From contig JBMNTR010000010.1 in assembly GCA_050945835.1 (NCBI GenBank), positions 24,805 to 88,804 on the forward strand: DNA of 64,000 nt, in the 5' to 3' direction. The position numbers were made by a program, and so were the translations under genes. The notes under the pieces are model-generated. The model was not told the origin of the DNA and did not search any database. It worked only from the letters and a program-made list of their open reading frames with translations. This stretch comes from Christensenellales bacterium. Its GTDB lineage: Bacteria; Bacillota; Clostridia; Christensenellales; JBMNTQ01. This document shows positions 55,280-62,710 of this stretch, piece by piece (positions within the stretch are counted from its first letter, which is position 1; every line of letters begins with the position of its first letter).

Positions 55280-55540
55280 CAGCCTGGATGCCGTGCCTTG
55301 AAAAGAAGGCGCATAGGCGGGCTTATTCGAGGACTCGGCTCATGAGGGCAAAATCTTTGTGATCGCGTAAACCGGTGCGATGGCTGTAAGACAAGCCCGA
55401 AAAGACATCAAAGGCATCAAGACGCTTTTTAGCCGGTAAGCCATGCCGCCAAGAAAGCGTGTGCTTCACAATAATATTATAAAAACATAATCAAAAACCG
55501 TATTTTGAATTTTCCAGAGAACTCTTTTGGCAGATGGCGA

Positions 55541-55567
55541 ACAAAAGGAATGTTACAACATATCATA
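55541..55567 (+). promoter_or_regulatory. possible sigma-K-like (mother-cell) promoter: AC-16 nt-CATATCATA
   Basis: AC at 55541-55542 and CATAnnnTA (CATATCATA) at 55559-55567, 46 nt upstream of the collagen-like gene. This is a pattern match only. Confidence 0.25.
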
Positions 55568-55612
55568 TTATATAAAGGCTTGATTATATACTTTCACTTT
55601 AGGAGGAAAAAT

Positions 55613-56428
55613 ATGTTTATTCCAGATCAATCAGCACAGAAAAATCCATCTGCATGCTGTTCTATAATGAATCGACACTGCAACTGCCCCGGCAGAGCGC
55701 CCGCCTGCTACGTCGGTCCTACGGGTTCGACGGGCGCAACCGGCGCAACAGGCACCACGGGTGCCACGGGGGCAACAGGCCCTGCCGGCGGTCCCGCAGG
55801 CCCGGCGGGCGAAACGGGCGCAACCGGCACCACGGGTGCTACGGGCGCAACGGGCGCAACGGGTGCTACGGGCGCAACGGGTGCGACAGGTGCAACCGGT
55901 GCGACAGGTACAGCGGGGGATGGAGCAATTATCCCGTTTGCATCTGGTCTGCCCATCAGTTTGAACACCGTGATCGGCGGAGCGCTCAACACCTCCAGCG
56001 CAGTTGGATTTGGCAGCAACCTTCCCGGCATCTCCGCTGCCGGCGGAACAATCGATTTGACAGGGCTGACAAACTTTGCATTCTCCGTGCCCAGAGACGG
56101 GACGATCACTTCCCTGACCGGCTATTTGAACGTCAGTGCCGCAATCAGCCTGATTGGCTCGACGCTCACGGTATCTGCTAGGTTATTCCAATCCGCCGCG
56201 CCAGACAATACCTTCGTGGAAGTGCCGGGTGCGGTGGTCACGCTGGCGCCTGCACTCACAGGATTAATCTCTATAGGCGATATCAGCAGCGGTGTCATCG
56301 ACGGGCTGAATATTCCTGTTACCGCGGGCACCAGATTGCTGTTGGTATTCTCCGTAGAGGTCACAGGCGGGGCCGATCTGGCAGCCACCATTGCAGGCTA
56401 TGCCAGCGCCGGTCTCGGTATTTCTTAA
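55613..56428 (+). CDS. collagen-like (GXT repeat) exosporium-type glycoprotein, BclB/BclA-related C-terminal domain
   Basis: AGGAGG lies 6 nt upstream of the ATG at 55613. A Cys-rich 34-aa N-terminus is followed by about 22 GXY triplets (GATGATGTTGATG...). The C-terminal domain begins [12 protein letters not shown] and contains IDLTG and [13 protein letters not shown], as in the BclB-related family. Confidence 0.75.
   Translation: MFIPDQSAQKNPSACCSIMNRHCNCPGRAPACYVGPTGSTGATGATGTTGATGATGPAGGPAGPAGETGATGTTGATGATGATGATGATGATGATGATGTAGDGAIIPFASGLPISLNTVIGGALNTSSAVGFGSNLPGISAAGGTIDLTGLTNFAFSVPRDGTITSLTGYLNVSAAISLIGSTLTVSARLFQSAAPDNTFVEVPGAVVTLAPALTGLISIGDISSGVIDGLNIPVTAGTRLLLVFSVEVTGGADLAATIAGYASAGLGIS
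55715..55916 (+). repeat. in-frame GGN-NCN-ACN triplet (collagen-like) tandem repeat
   Basis: Runs of GGCGCAACG/GGTGCTACG/GGTGCGACA 9-nt units encode GAT/GTT/GPA triplets, with one register break ([12 protein letters not shown]). Confidence 0.9.
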
Positions 56429-56833
56429 AAGACCCGCGCAGCCTGAAAGAGCAAGACTGCTTTGAATAAAGCCAAGCAATGAATGCCCTTGGGCGATGAA
56501 GCATACCTCAAGCGTTGGGCAGAGCATTACACGGCTTGATAAAAGAGATGTATTTTCATGCTTGGAGAAGCGGTAAAAAAACGAGCATGAAAAATCAAAA
56601 CCATCAACCAGATAGCTGCCCGTTTTTAAATTGAGAGCGGGCGGCTTTCTCTGTTCCCTTTGCGTATAGTTTTGAAAGGCCTTGGATTTAACGATAGCTG
56701 AAAATATCGACATATGATAGAATAATGACCGGCAGAAAAGCACCTGCAATTTTAAAATACCGGGCAGGCATTGAATAAAGAAGTTTTCATAGGGAATCTG
56801 TCAAAAAGTATTCTTAAAATGAGGTTTGATTAC

Positions 56834-57844
56834 ATGAGGGATGTAAGATTTTTGTTTCTTAAACGTTCGTTCCCATGCTCAAACAGCATAGTGGTTCAAG
56901 ACGAGCAGTCGTTTTTAATAGACACAGGGTTTGGCAGTGATATTGTGCAAGCTGAAAAATCACTGGAAGATGCCGATGTACTGCCTAAACAATTAACGGG
57001 TATTATCAACACACACTATCATAGTGACCATGTTGGCGGAAACCACTATTTACAGCAAAAGTATCATCTTCCTATTGCGGCTTATCGTTGGGAAGGGGAG
57101 ATGATTAATCAATGTGATAGAGAAGCTTGTGCATCTCATTATTTGGATCAACCGGTTGAACAATATACTGTACAGCAACTGCTAAAAGACGGACAGGAGA
57201 TCGTTACAGGCCATAGTACGCTGCAAGTACTACACACGCCCGGACATACATTAGGGCATATTGCGCTATATGAGCCCAAACAACAAATTCTGATTTGCGG
57301 AGATTTATTTCATTATAACGATATAGGATGGCTGAATATTTTTCGTGAAGGAGTCAACAGTTTAGGGCGTTCTTATGCGAGCTTAGAAAAACTTGCGAAA
57401 TTGCCTGTACAAAAAGCCTATCCCGGTCATGGGCGTACGATTGATGAACCCTTGAAAGTGATCGATCAAGCAAGGGCACGTTTAGAAAAGTGGATGGATG
57501 CACCGGAAAAAATGGCTTGGCATGCGTGTAAAAGAATCTTTTCTTTTGCACTGATGATTAAAAACGGTTTGCCGAAAGAACAGATTGAGCCGTATCTGCT
57601 GCAATGCGGGTGGTTTCATGATTTTTCCGTTCATTTTTTTCAAGTGAAGCCGCAGGAATTTATACAACCGATGCTTGATGAAATGGTTCGTTCCAAAGCA
57701 GCGATATGGCAGCAAGATACATTAATGGCAGCCACTCCATATAAAGCCCCTCATGCTGATTGGCTTGGGAAAGATCATATGCCTGATAAATGGAATCAAT
57801 ACAGGGATGCAACAAACCATGCCATAAAGATTAAACCCTATTAA
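56834..57844 (+). CDS. MBL-fold metallo-hydrolase with uncharacterised C-terminal extension
   Basis: SFLIDTGFG, the HxHxDH motif (NTHYHSDHVGGN), HTPGHTLGH and PGHG. The ATG at 56834 is preferred (GAGGT 9 nt upstream). The gene is visibly AT-richer than its surroundings. Confidence 0.7.
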   Translation: MRDVRFLFLKRSFPCSNSIVVQDEQSFLIDTGFGSDIVQAEKSLEDADVLPKQLTGIINTHYHSDHVGGNHYLQQKYHLPIAAYRWEGEMINQCDREACASHYLDQPVEQYTVQQLLKDGQEIVTGHSTLQVLHTPGHTLGHIALYEPKQQILICGDLFHYNDIGWLNIFREGVNSLGRSYASLEKLAKLPVQKAYPGHGRTIDEPLKVIDQARARLEKWMDAPEKMAWHACKRIFSFALMIKNGLPKEQIEPYLLQCGWFHDFSVHFFQVKPQEFIQPMLDEMVRSKAAIWQQDTLMAATPYKAPHADWLGKDHMPDKWNQYRDATNHAIKIKPY

Positions 57845-58028
57845 TCGTCGGGTGAAGACAGGTTTTATTCTGAACACGTCACTTTTCCAGAAGAAGGCCC
57901 CGCAAATCCACTGCGCGACCAATATTGCATGCGATAGAATGCCTTTTACGCAGCATTTTAACAGCAGGAGATAAAGGGTGATCCAAGCATGAGGATTCAA
58001 ATATCTACTGCCAAACGGTTTTCCACTA

Positions 58029-58610
58029 TTATAAAACGCTTATTGCATCGGTTTTAATGCGGTACCAGGTGTGCCCTTCTTCCTCATAACCTTCCCAAAC
58101 GCCGGCAATCTCTATTTCCGATTCATTTTCGGGATAATCATCGGGATAAACGTGTTCGCCAATCCAAACAAATTCCAGACCCTGAGCGCAGCAGGCCGTG
58201 GCGTCCTGGACAATCACGAAGTGATAGTGTTGCCCAGTCGATTCATAAAAGTTCGAGTAGTATAAACCGCGCATTTTGATGGTTTGCCCGATGTAGCGCT
58301 CAGGCTCCATCATCATGTTGTATACTTCGCCGTACACCATGGTGCTGCTCAGCGCTGTCAAATCGACATCGACGCCATCGTCCTCCTGATCGGCGGTTTT
58401 CGAAGGCTGCTCCGGTTCAGCGGTATGCGTATCAAGACCGTGCTCTGCCACCGGCGGCGTGGAGGAACCAGCAGGGGGAGATGAAAACGTTTCGCTGGCG
58501 GAAGGGAGCGAAGGTGCTGGGGCAGAGGATCTGCTTTCCTGATCCGTGCAACCCGGAAACAGTGCGAATAGGATCGAAACAGCGATTAAAAGAGGCATTC
58601 GTTTCTTCAT
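58029..58610 (-). CDS. lipoprotein of unknown function, last gene of the metal-uptake operon
   Basis: Lipobox LFALFPGC, an S/P/A-rich linker, and a C-terminal about 110-aa domain with VIVQDATACCAQGLEF. Strong SD AGGAGG. ATGA overlap with the permease stop (58607-58610). Confidence 0.65.
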   Translation of the reverse strand: MKKRMPLLIAVSILFALFPGCTDQESRSSAPAPSLPSASETFSSPPAGSSTPPVAEHGLDTHTAEPEQPSKTADQEDDGVDVDLTALSSTMVYGEVYNMMMEPERYIGQTIKMRGLYYSNFYESTGQHYHFVIVQDATACCAQGLEFVWIGEHVYPDDYPENESEIEIAGVWEGYEEEGHTWYRIKTDAISVL

Positions 58611-59449
58611 TGTTTTCCTCCTGAAAAAGTGCCAAACAGACTGAATAAGCCAAAAACAGCGATGTGTACGGTGACGATGGTGGAACCGACCGGCGTGCCC
58701 GCCAGTATGGAGATCAGTATGCCCAGCGCAGATCCTATAACAGAAATGATGACTGAGCAGACCACCACTGCCTTAAAGCTTTTGAACACGCGCATGGCGG
58801 AGAGCGCGGGGAATATCACCAGTGCGGAGATCAAAAGCGAGCCTACCAAGTTCATGGCAAGCACGATGACAAGCGCGGTGATCACCGCGATGAGAAGATT
58901 GTATTTCTTGGCGTTTGTTCCTGTCGCCGTGGCAAAGCTCTCGTCAAAGGTCACCGCAAATATTTTATTATAAAAAAGTATAAACACCGCGATCACAAGG
59001 ATGGATAAGGCGATGCTGACATACACGTCTATGGGCCGGAGTGTCAAAATAGAGGTCGAGCCGAACAATGTGGTGCATACATCACCGGAAAGATTCGAGG
59101 ATGTGGAAAATATATTCATCAGCAGATAACCGATGGCCAGCGCGCCCACCGACAGCATGGCCACCGCCGCATCCCCTTTGATCTTGGTATTCTGTCCGAT
59201 GCGCAGCAGCAGTATGGCGCACAGCACCGTTACGGGGGCGGTGATGAAAATGTTGTTGGACAAATTTAAAACGGCGGCAATGGCAACGGCGCCAAAGGCC
59301 ACATGTGCCAGACCGTCGCCGATAAACGAAAGACGCTTGAGTACCAGTGTTACACCGAGCAGCGAGGCACAAAGCGCGATCAGTATGCCTACGATCAGCG
59401 CATACTGCACAAAGGGATATTCGAAATACAGCGCCAGTTTTTCTATCAT
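58607..59449 (-). CDS. znuB: metal ABC transporter permease (ABC-3/ZnuB family)
   Basis: 280 aa, about 8 TM segments. N-terminus MIEKLALYFEYPFVQYALIVGILIAL and overall ABC-3 layout. 4-nt overlap with the ATPase gene. Confidence 0.8.
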   Translation of the reverse strand: MIEKLALYFEYPFVQYALIVGILIALCASLLGVTLVLKRLSFIGDGLAHVAFGAVAIAAVLNLSNNIFITAPVTVLCAILLLRIGQNTKIKGDAAVAMLSVGALAIGYLLMNIFSTSSNLSGDVCTTLFGSTSILTLRPIDVYVSIALSILVIAVFILFYNKIFAVTFDESFATATGTNAKKYNLLIAVITALVIVLAMNLVGSLLISALVIFPALSAMRVFKSFKAVVVCSVIISVIGSALGILISILAGTPVGSTIVTVHIAVFGLFSLFGTFSGGKQ

Positions 59450-60162
59450 CGGGCATCACCCCCTTTTAGAGCCGATTGAACTTTGCCCATTTCTGTGGAG
59501 GCATAATCCTCCTTGCGCCCGTAAAACAAAAGGGTGTTTCCAAGGTGCAGTATATGGCTGGCGTATTGCATGGCTGTCGTGATGTCGTGGGAGATCATGA
59601 CGATGGTGATGCCACTGTCACGGTTTAAGTCTTCAATGATGCGATACATATCCTCACTTGCCTTGGGGTCGAGTCCTGCGGCGGGTTCGTCCAGCAACAG
59701 TATTTTCTGCGTGGCGCACAGGGCCCGCGCCAGCAGCACCCGCTGCTGCTGGCCGCCGGAAAGCTCACGATGGCAGCGCCTGGAAAGGCCGGATATCCCC
59801 AGCCTCTCCATATTCGCGCGCGCACGTGCTTTTTCATTTCGGTTGTAAAAGGGCCGCAGCCCGCAGCGGTTCAAACAGCCGGACAGCACAATTTCCCTCA
59901 CCGATGCAGGAAAATCCTTCTGTGTTTCGGTCTGTTGCGGCAGGTAGCCGATTTCCTTTTGCCGAAGCCCCTCTCCGAACTCTATGCTGCCTTTTATAGG
60001 AAAGAGCAGCCCCAGCATGGCCTTCATCAGCGTACTCTTGCCGGAACCGTTTTCTCCCACGATGCAAAGATAATCCCCCTCGCAAATGGAGAAGCTCACA
60101 TCTCGTATCACGGCTTTCCCCTCATACCCAAGTGTGGCGTTTTTGATGCTTACAAGTGCCAT
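59446..60162 (-). CDS. znuC: metal ABC transporter ATP-binding protein (ZnuC family)
   Basis: Walker A GENGSGKST, signature LSGGQQQRVLLARAL and Walker B LLLDEP. The ATG at 60162 is preferred, with AAGGAAGG upstream. Confidence 0.85.
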   Translation of the reverse strand: MALVSIKNATLGYEGKAVIRDVSFSICEGDYLCIVGENGSGKSTLMKAMLGLLFPIKGSIEFGEGLRQKEIGYLPQQTETQKDFPASVREIVLSGCLNRCGLRPFYNRNEKARARANMERLGISGLSRRCHRELSGGQQQRVLLARALCATQKILLLDEPAAGLDPKASEDMYRIIEDLNRDSGITIVMISHDITTAMQYASHILHLGNTLLFYGRKEDYASTEMGKVQSALKGGDAR

Positions 60163-60178
60163 AAAACTCAGCCTTCCT

Positions 60179-61729
60179 TTATGACAGCGCTTTTTTGAGC
60201 ACTTCAAGATTGCTTTCCATGATGGAAAGGTAGGTCGTGCCGGAAGAGACATGTTGTGCAGTGACCGACTGCATAGAGTCTAGCACAAGAATATTCTGAC
60301 CCTTCGATTCTGTGCTCTCAATCACTGTACTGGCGATGGATTGATCGGCATTTTCGATGACCATCACATGCTCTAGTGCTAGTTCATCCATCTTATCCGC
60401 AAGAAATACGATGGTTTCAAAGCTGGCCTCTGTCTCGGCGGAGCAGCCGGAAAAGGCAGCGAAATAGGAGATGCCGTAATCGTCCACCAGATAGCGGAAA
60501 GGAAAACGGTCGCCAAAGAGCAGCGTATTGCCAGTGGCGTTGTCTACGGTGCTTTGATAGGCTGAATCGAGTTCCGCCAGCTTTTCGTTATAAGCTTCTG
60601 TGTTGGATGTATAAACAGACCCGTTTGCTCCATCCAGCTTTTTAAGCCCTTCGGCAATGTGGCCGCAAAGGATCTGCGCGTTTTTGAGAGAGAGCCACAC
60701 ATGTTCGTCCTCATGCTCATGAGAATGGCTGTGCCCGCTCATGGTTTCGGCGATCTCCTCTCCTGTGGCGTCAGACAGGAAATAGGTGGGAGACCAGCCC
60801 TCTATGGCTGTCAACGCCACGAAGCTCTCGTTGCCGTAGCGCAGATGATAATGGGGGCTTTCATGCCCGTGGTCATGATCTTCCTCATGCCCGTGGTCAT
60901 TGTCGTGCCCGCCGCCGGTTCCGTGGTCATAAAAGGCGATGTAGAGGGGCACGCCTGCCTCCTTGTCCTGTGCCTCAAATCCATACCATACCGACCCGCC
61001 GTGGTCGCTTTCTACCAGCCGGTAGCCGATGTAGGTGTAGTCTGCCGAAACGCCGTCAAAAGTGATGGATGTGTCGGATATAGTCAGCGTCTCATACTCC
61101 GATTTCCAGCGCTGGGCGTAAGCCGATTTTTGCATTTCAAAATCATTGCCGTTTTCATGCGCATTGTGATCCACATATTCATCCAGCGCGCCGCTTTGCA
61201 GCGCCTTTTCGATGGTCGTCCAGTCCCCTTGCCAATCTAAGAGCGGTCTGTCGTGTATATCATCGGGATCGATCTCGCCGTGCCCGTGGTCATGGCTGTC
61301 TTCCATGCCCTCCACGATCTCTTCCTCTTTGACCTTGTCGCCCAAAACCTCCATCATATTGATGACAATCATGTTCTTGTTCGTAGCCGCTTCCAGCGCG
61401 TCATGCACCCAGGCGTCCGACTCGCCGCCCACGTGGATGAACATATCGCAGCTGGATATTTTCGCGATATCCTCGACCGTCGGCTGATAGCTGTGTAAAT
61501 CTACACCGTCGTCTAAAAGGAGCGTAAGCTCCACGTCTTCGATTTTTTCACCAAGGATTTGCTGTATCCAATCGTATTGAGGGAATGTCGTGGCGATGAT
61601 GCTGAACTTGCCAGCATTCGTGGCACTATTTGGGTCACTGGCCGAGGGTGCTTGATGATCGCAGGCCGAAAAAGCCGCAGCGATTAAAATGAATGCCAAA
61701 AGGCAGGATAGTATCTTTTTCATATTCAT
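60179..61729 (-). CDS. znuA: cluster A-I metal-binding lipoprotein (ZnuA/AdcA-like) with a ZinT-like domain nested in the His-rich loop
   Basis: Lipobox AAAFSAC. ZnuA N-lobe (DLHSYQP, FIHVGGESDAW), then DSHDHGHGE. A ZinT-like stretch follows (LLDWQGDWTTIEKALQSGALDEYV...ITFDG...HYHLRYGNESF...EGWSPTYF). The ZnuA fold then resumes at HEHEDEHVWLS for the C-lobe. The ATG at 61729 has GGAGGT upstream. Confidence 0.8.
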   Translation of the reverse strand: MNMKKILSCLLAFILIAAAFSACDHQAPSASDPNSATNAGKFSIIATTFPQYDWIQQILGEKIEDVELTLLLDDGVDLHSYQPTVEDIAKISSCDMFIHVGGESDAWVHDALEAATNKNMIVINMMEVLGDKVKEEEIVEGMEDSHDHGHGEIDPDDIHDRPLLDWQGDWTTIEKALQSGALDEYVDHNAHENGNDFEMQKSAYAQRWKSEYETLTISDTSITFDGVSADYTYIGYRLVESDHGGSVWYGFEAQDKEAGVPLYIAFYDHGTGGGHDNDHGHEEDHDHGHESPHYHLRYGNESFVALTAIEGWSPTYFLSDATGEEIAETMSGHSHSHEHEDEHVWLSLKNAQILCGHIAEGLKKLDGANGSVYTSNTEAYNEKLAELDSAYQSTVDNATGNTLLFGDRFPFRYLVDDYGISYFAAFSGCSAETEASFETIVFLADKMDELALEHVMVIENADQSIASTVIESTESKGQNILVLDSMQSVTAQHVSSGTTYLSIMESNLEVLKKALS

Positions 61730-61787
61730 AAATAAACCTCCAAAATCCATCGTTTTAAAAAGGAAAGATGCAAGGCGATACGAAACA

Positions 61788-61817
61788 TTTTGAAAAAGAA
61801 GTTTTTCTTTTTCAAAA
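61788..61817. promoter_or_regulatory. perfect 13-bp-arm AT-rich palindrome upstream of znuA (operator or 5' hairpin)
   Basis: TTTTGAAAAAGAA-GTTT-TTCTTTTTCAAAA. It lies 9 nt downstream of the candidate -10 at 61826-61831 and 59 nt upstream of the znuA ATG. Confidence 0.4.
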
Positions 61818-61825
61818 ATGGATAG

Positions 61826-61854
61826 AGTATATCCTTGCAGGAGGTCTATCTCAA
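61826..61854 (-). promoter_or_regulatory. candidate internal promoter for znuACB (TTGAGA-17 nt-TATACT, minus strand)
   Basis: Read on the minus strand: -35 TTGAGA (61854-61849, overlapping the stop of the small membrane gene), a 17-nt spacer, and -10 TATACT (61831-61826). Confidence 0.35.
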
Positions 61855-62168
61855 TTATTTAATCTGGTTTTTAATGAAATGGGTGTATGCATCCCCAGCT
61901 TACAGGAGAATGCATACACGATTGCCAGCAAGATCAACAACGCGCTCGGCACCGCCGCTAACACAAGAATGACAGAAACGATATTCTTTAATAGGTTTTG
62001 CGCAATGGCAAGCTGCACACAGACTGCGCAGCTGCCTTTGGGGCCGCTATGGTCATGCGTGTGGGCTGTGTGTGTAAAAATGAAGGCAGAAGAAAGGAGC
62101 ATCGTCAGCACAAACACAAGAAGCAGTGCCAAAGCGCCTACTCGTTTTCTTCTATCATTCATGAACAT
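61851..62168 (-). CDS. small two-TM membrane protein with HTAHTHDH and CAVC motifs (unknown family)
   Basis: 105 aa with SD AAGGGAG 10 nt upstream. TM1 is ALALLLVFVLTMLLSSAFIF. The loop THTAHTHDHSGPKGSCAVC follows, then TM2 IVSVILVLAAVPSALLILLAIVYAF. It lies 29 nt after the Fur-family gene. Confidence 0.55.
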   Translation of the reverse strand: MFMNDRRKRVGALALLLVFVLTMLLSSAFIFTHTAHTHDHSGPKGSCAVCVQLAIAQNLLKNIVSVILVLAAVPSALLILLAIVYAFSCKLGMHTPISLKTRLNN

Positions 62169-62197
62169 GCTGATTCACTCCCTTCAAAAACACCTTT

Positions 62198-62635
62198 TCA
62201 ACACATGGAAGGTTCATGTCTTTGCGCATAACATTGATTGCAAGTACCGTAAAATAAGGTTTTTTGCGAATCCAAAGCAAACAAGTGCTTTTCAAAAAAG
62301 TGTCGGCTCAATGTCGCTACATGATCACACTGCAGATGAATAAGATCCCCGCACATCTCGCATTTCAGATGATAATGGTCTTTGTCTGCATCGCTGTCTT
62401 CGTCTGTATATTGATAACAGGCGCTATTCACGCCATCTACCGTATATTTCGCTACAACGCCCTCCTGTACCAGTTTATCCAACTGACGGTATATTGTAGT
62501 CAGACCGACACGAATTCCCTGCTCTTTGAAGTACGCTGCGATACGGCCCGCCGTAACATGTGCGCCCTCTAAAGAGGAAAGATACGAAACGATGGCGTCT
62601 CTTTGCTTTGTATGATAGTGCGCTGGCCGTTTCAT
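62198..62635 (-). CDS. Fur family metalloregulator (Zur-like by context)
   Basis: DNA-binding region TKQRDAIVSYL...HVTAGRIAAYF...GLTTIYRQLDKLVQEG. Metal sites HYHLKCEMCG and GTCNQC. The ATG at 62635 is preferred (GGGAGGG 9 nt upstream). The longer track ORF would run across the operator sites. Confidence 0.8.
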   Translation of the reverse strand: MKRPAHYHTKQRDAIVSYLSSLEGAHVTAGRIAAYFKEQGIRVGLTTIYRQLDKLVQEGVVAKYTVDGVNSACYQYTDEDSDADKDHYHLKCEMCGDLIHLQCDHVATLSRHFFEKHLFALDSQKTLFYGTCNQCYAQRHEPSMC

Positions 62636-62665
62636 AAGCGGATCCCTCCCAGACGAATCTGAATT

Positions 62666-62680
62666 TGAAAATCGTTTCCA
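62666..62680. promoter_or_regulatory. imperfect Fur-family box (7-1-7) at the transcription start region
   Basis: TGAAAAT-C-GTTTCCA matches 5 of 7 positions in the second arm relative to the perfect box at 62711-62725. It abuts the -10 element. Confidence 0.4.
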
Positions 62681-62708
62681 TTTTACCATGCGCGAATTCA
62701 GAAATCAA
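62680..62708 (-). promoter_or_regulatory. extended -10 promoter of the Fur-family operon (TTGATT-17 nt-TGgTAAAAT, minus strand)
   Basis: Read on the minus strand: -35 TTGATT (62708-62703), a 17-nt spacer ending TGg, and -10 TAAAAT (62685-62680). It is flanked by the two Fur-type boxes. Confidence 0.5.
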
Positions 62709-62710
62709 TA

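Noticed and set aside
55325-55470. 48-codon GTG-initiated minus-strand ORF (VKHTLSWRHGLPAKKRLDAFDVFSGLSYSHRTGLRDHKDFALMSRVLE) upstream of the collagen-like gene, considered as a gene fragment or pseudogene
   Set aside because: It is too short, has no SD, and has no motif I can assign. It could be a relic of a lost gene, but I cannot support that from sequence alone.
55654-56181. Alternative-frame and antisense ORFs through the collagen-like repeat (55654-56181 +, 55761-55964 +, 55708-56109 -)
   Set aside because: These are artefacts of the GGN-GCN-ACN periodic repeat, which stays open in several frames. Only the frame from ATG 55613 has an AGGAGG SD, GXY triplets and a recognisable C-terminal domain.
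60850-60930. His-codon-rich repetitive DNA (CAT/CAC-GAC/GGC runs) in znuA as a non-coding tandem repeat
   Set aside because: The runs are in frame within the znuA ORF and encode the DHGTGGGHDNDHGHEEDHDHGHE tract. I interpret this as a metal-binding low-complexity region, not an independent repeat element.
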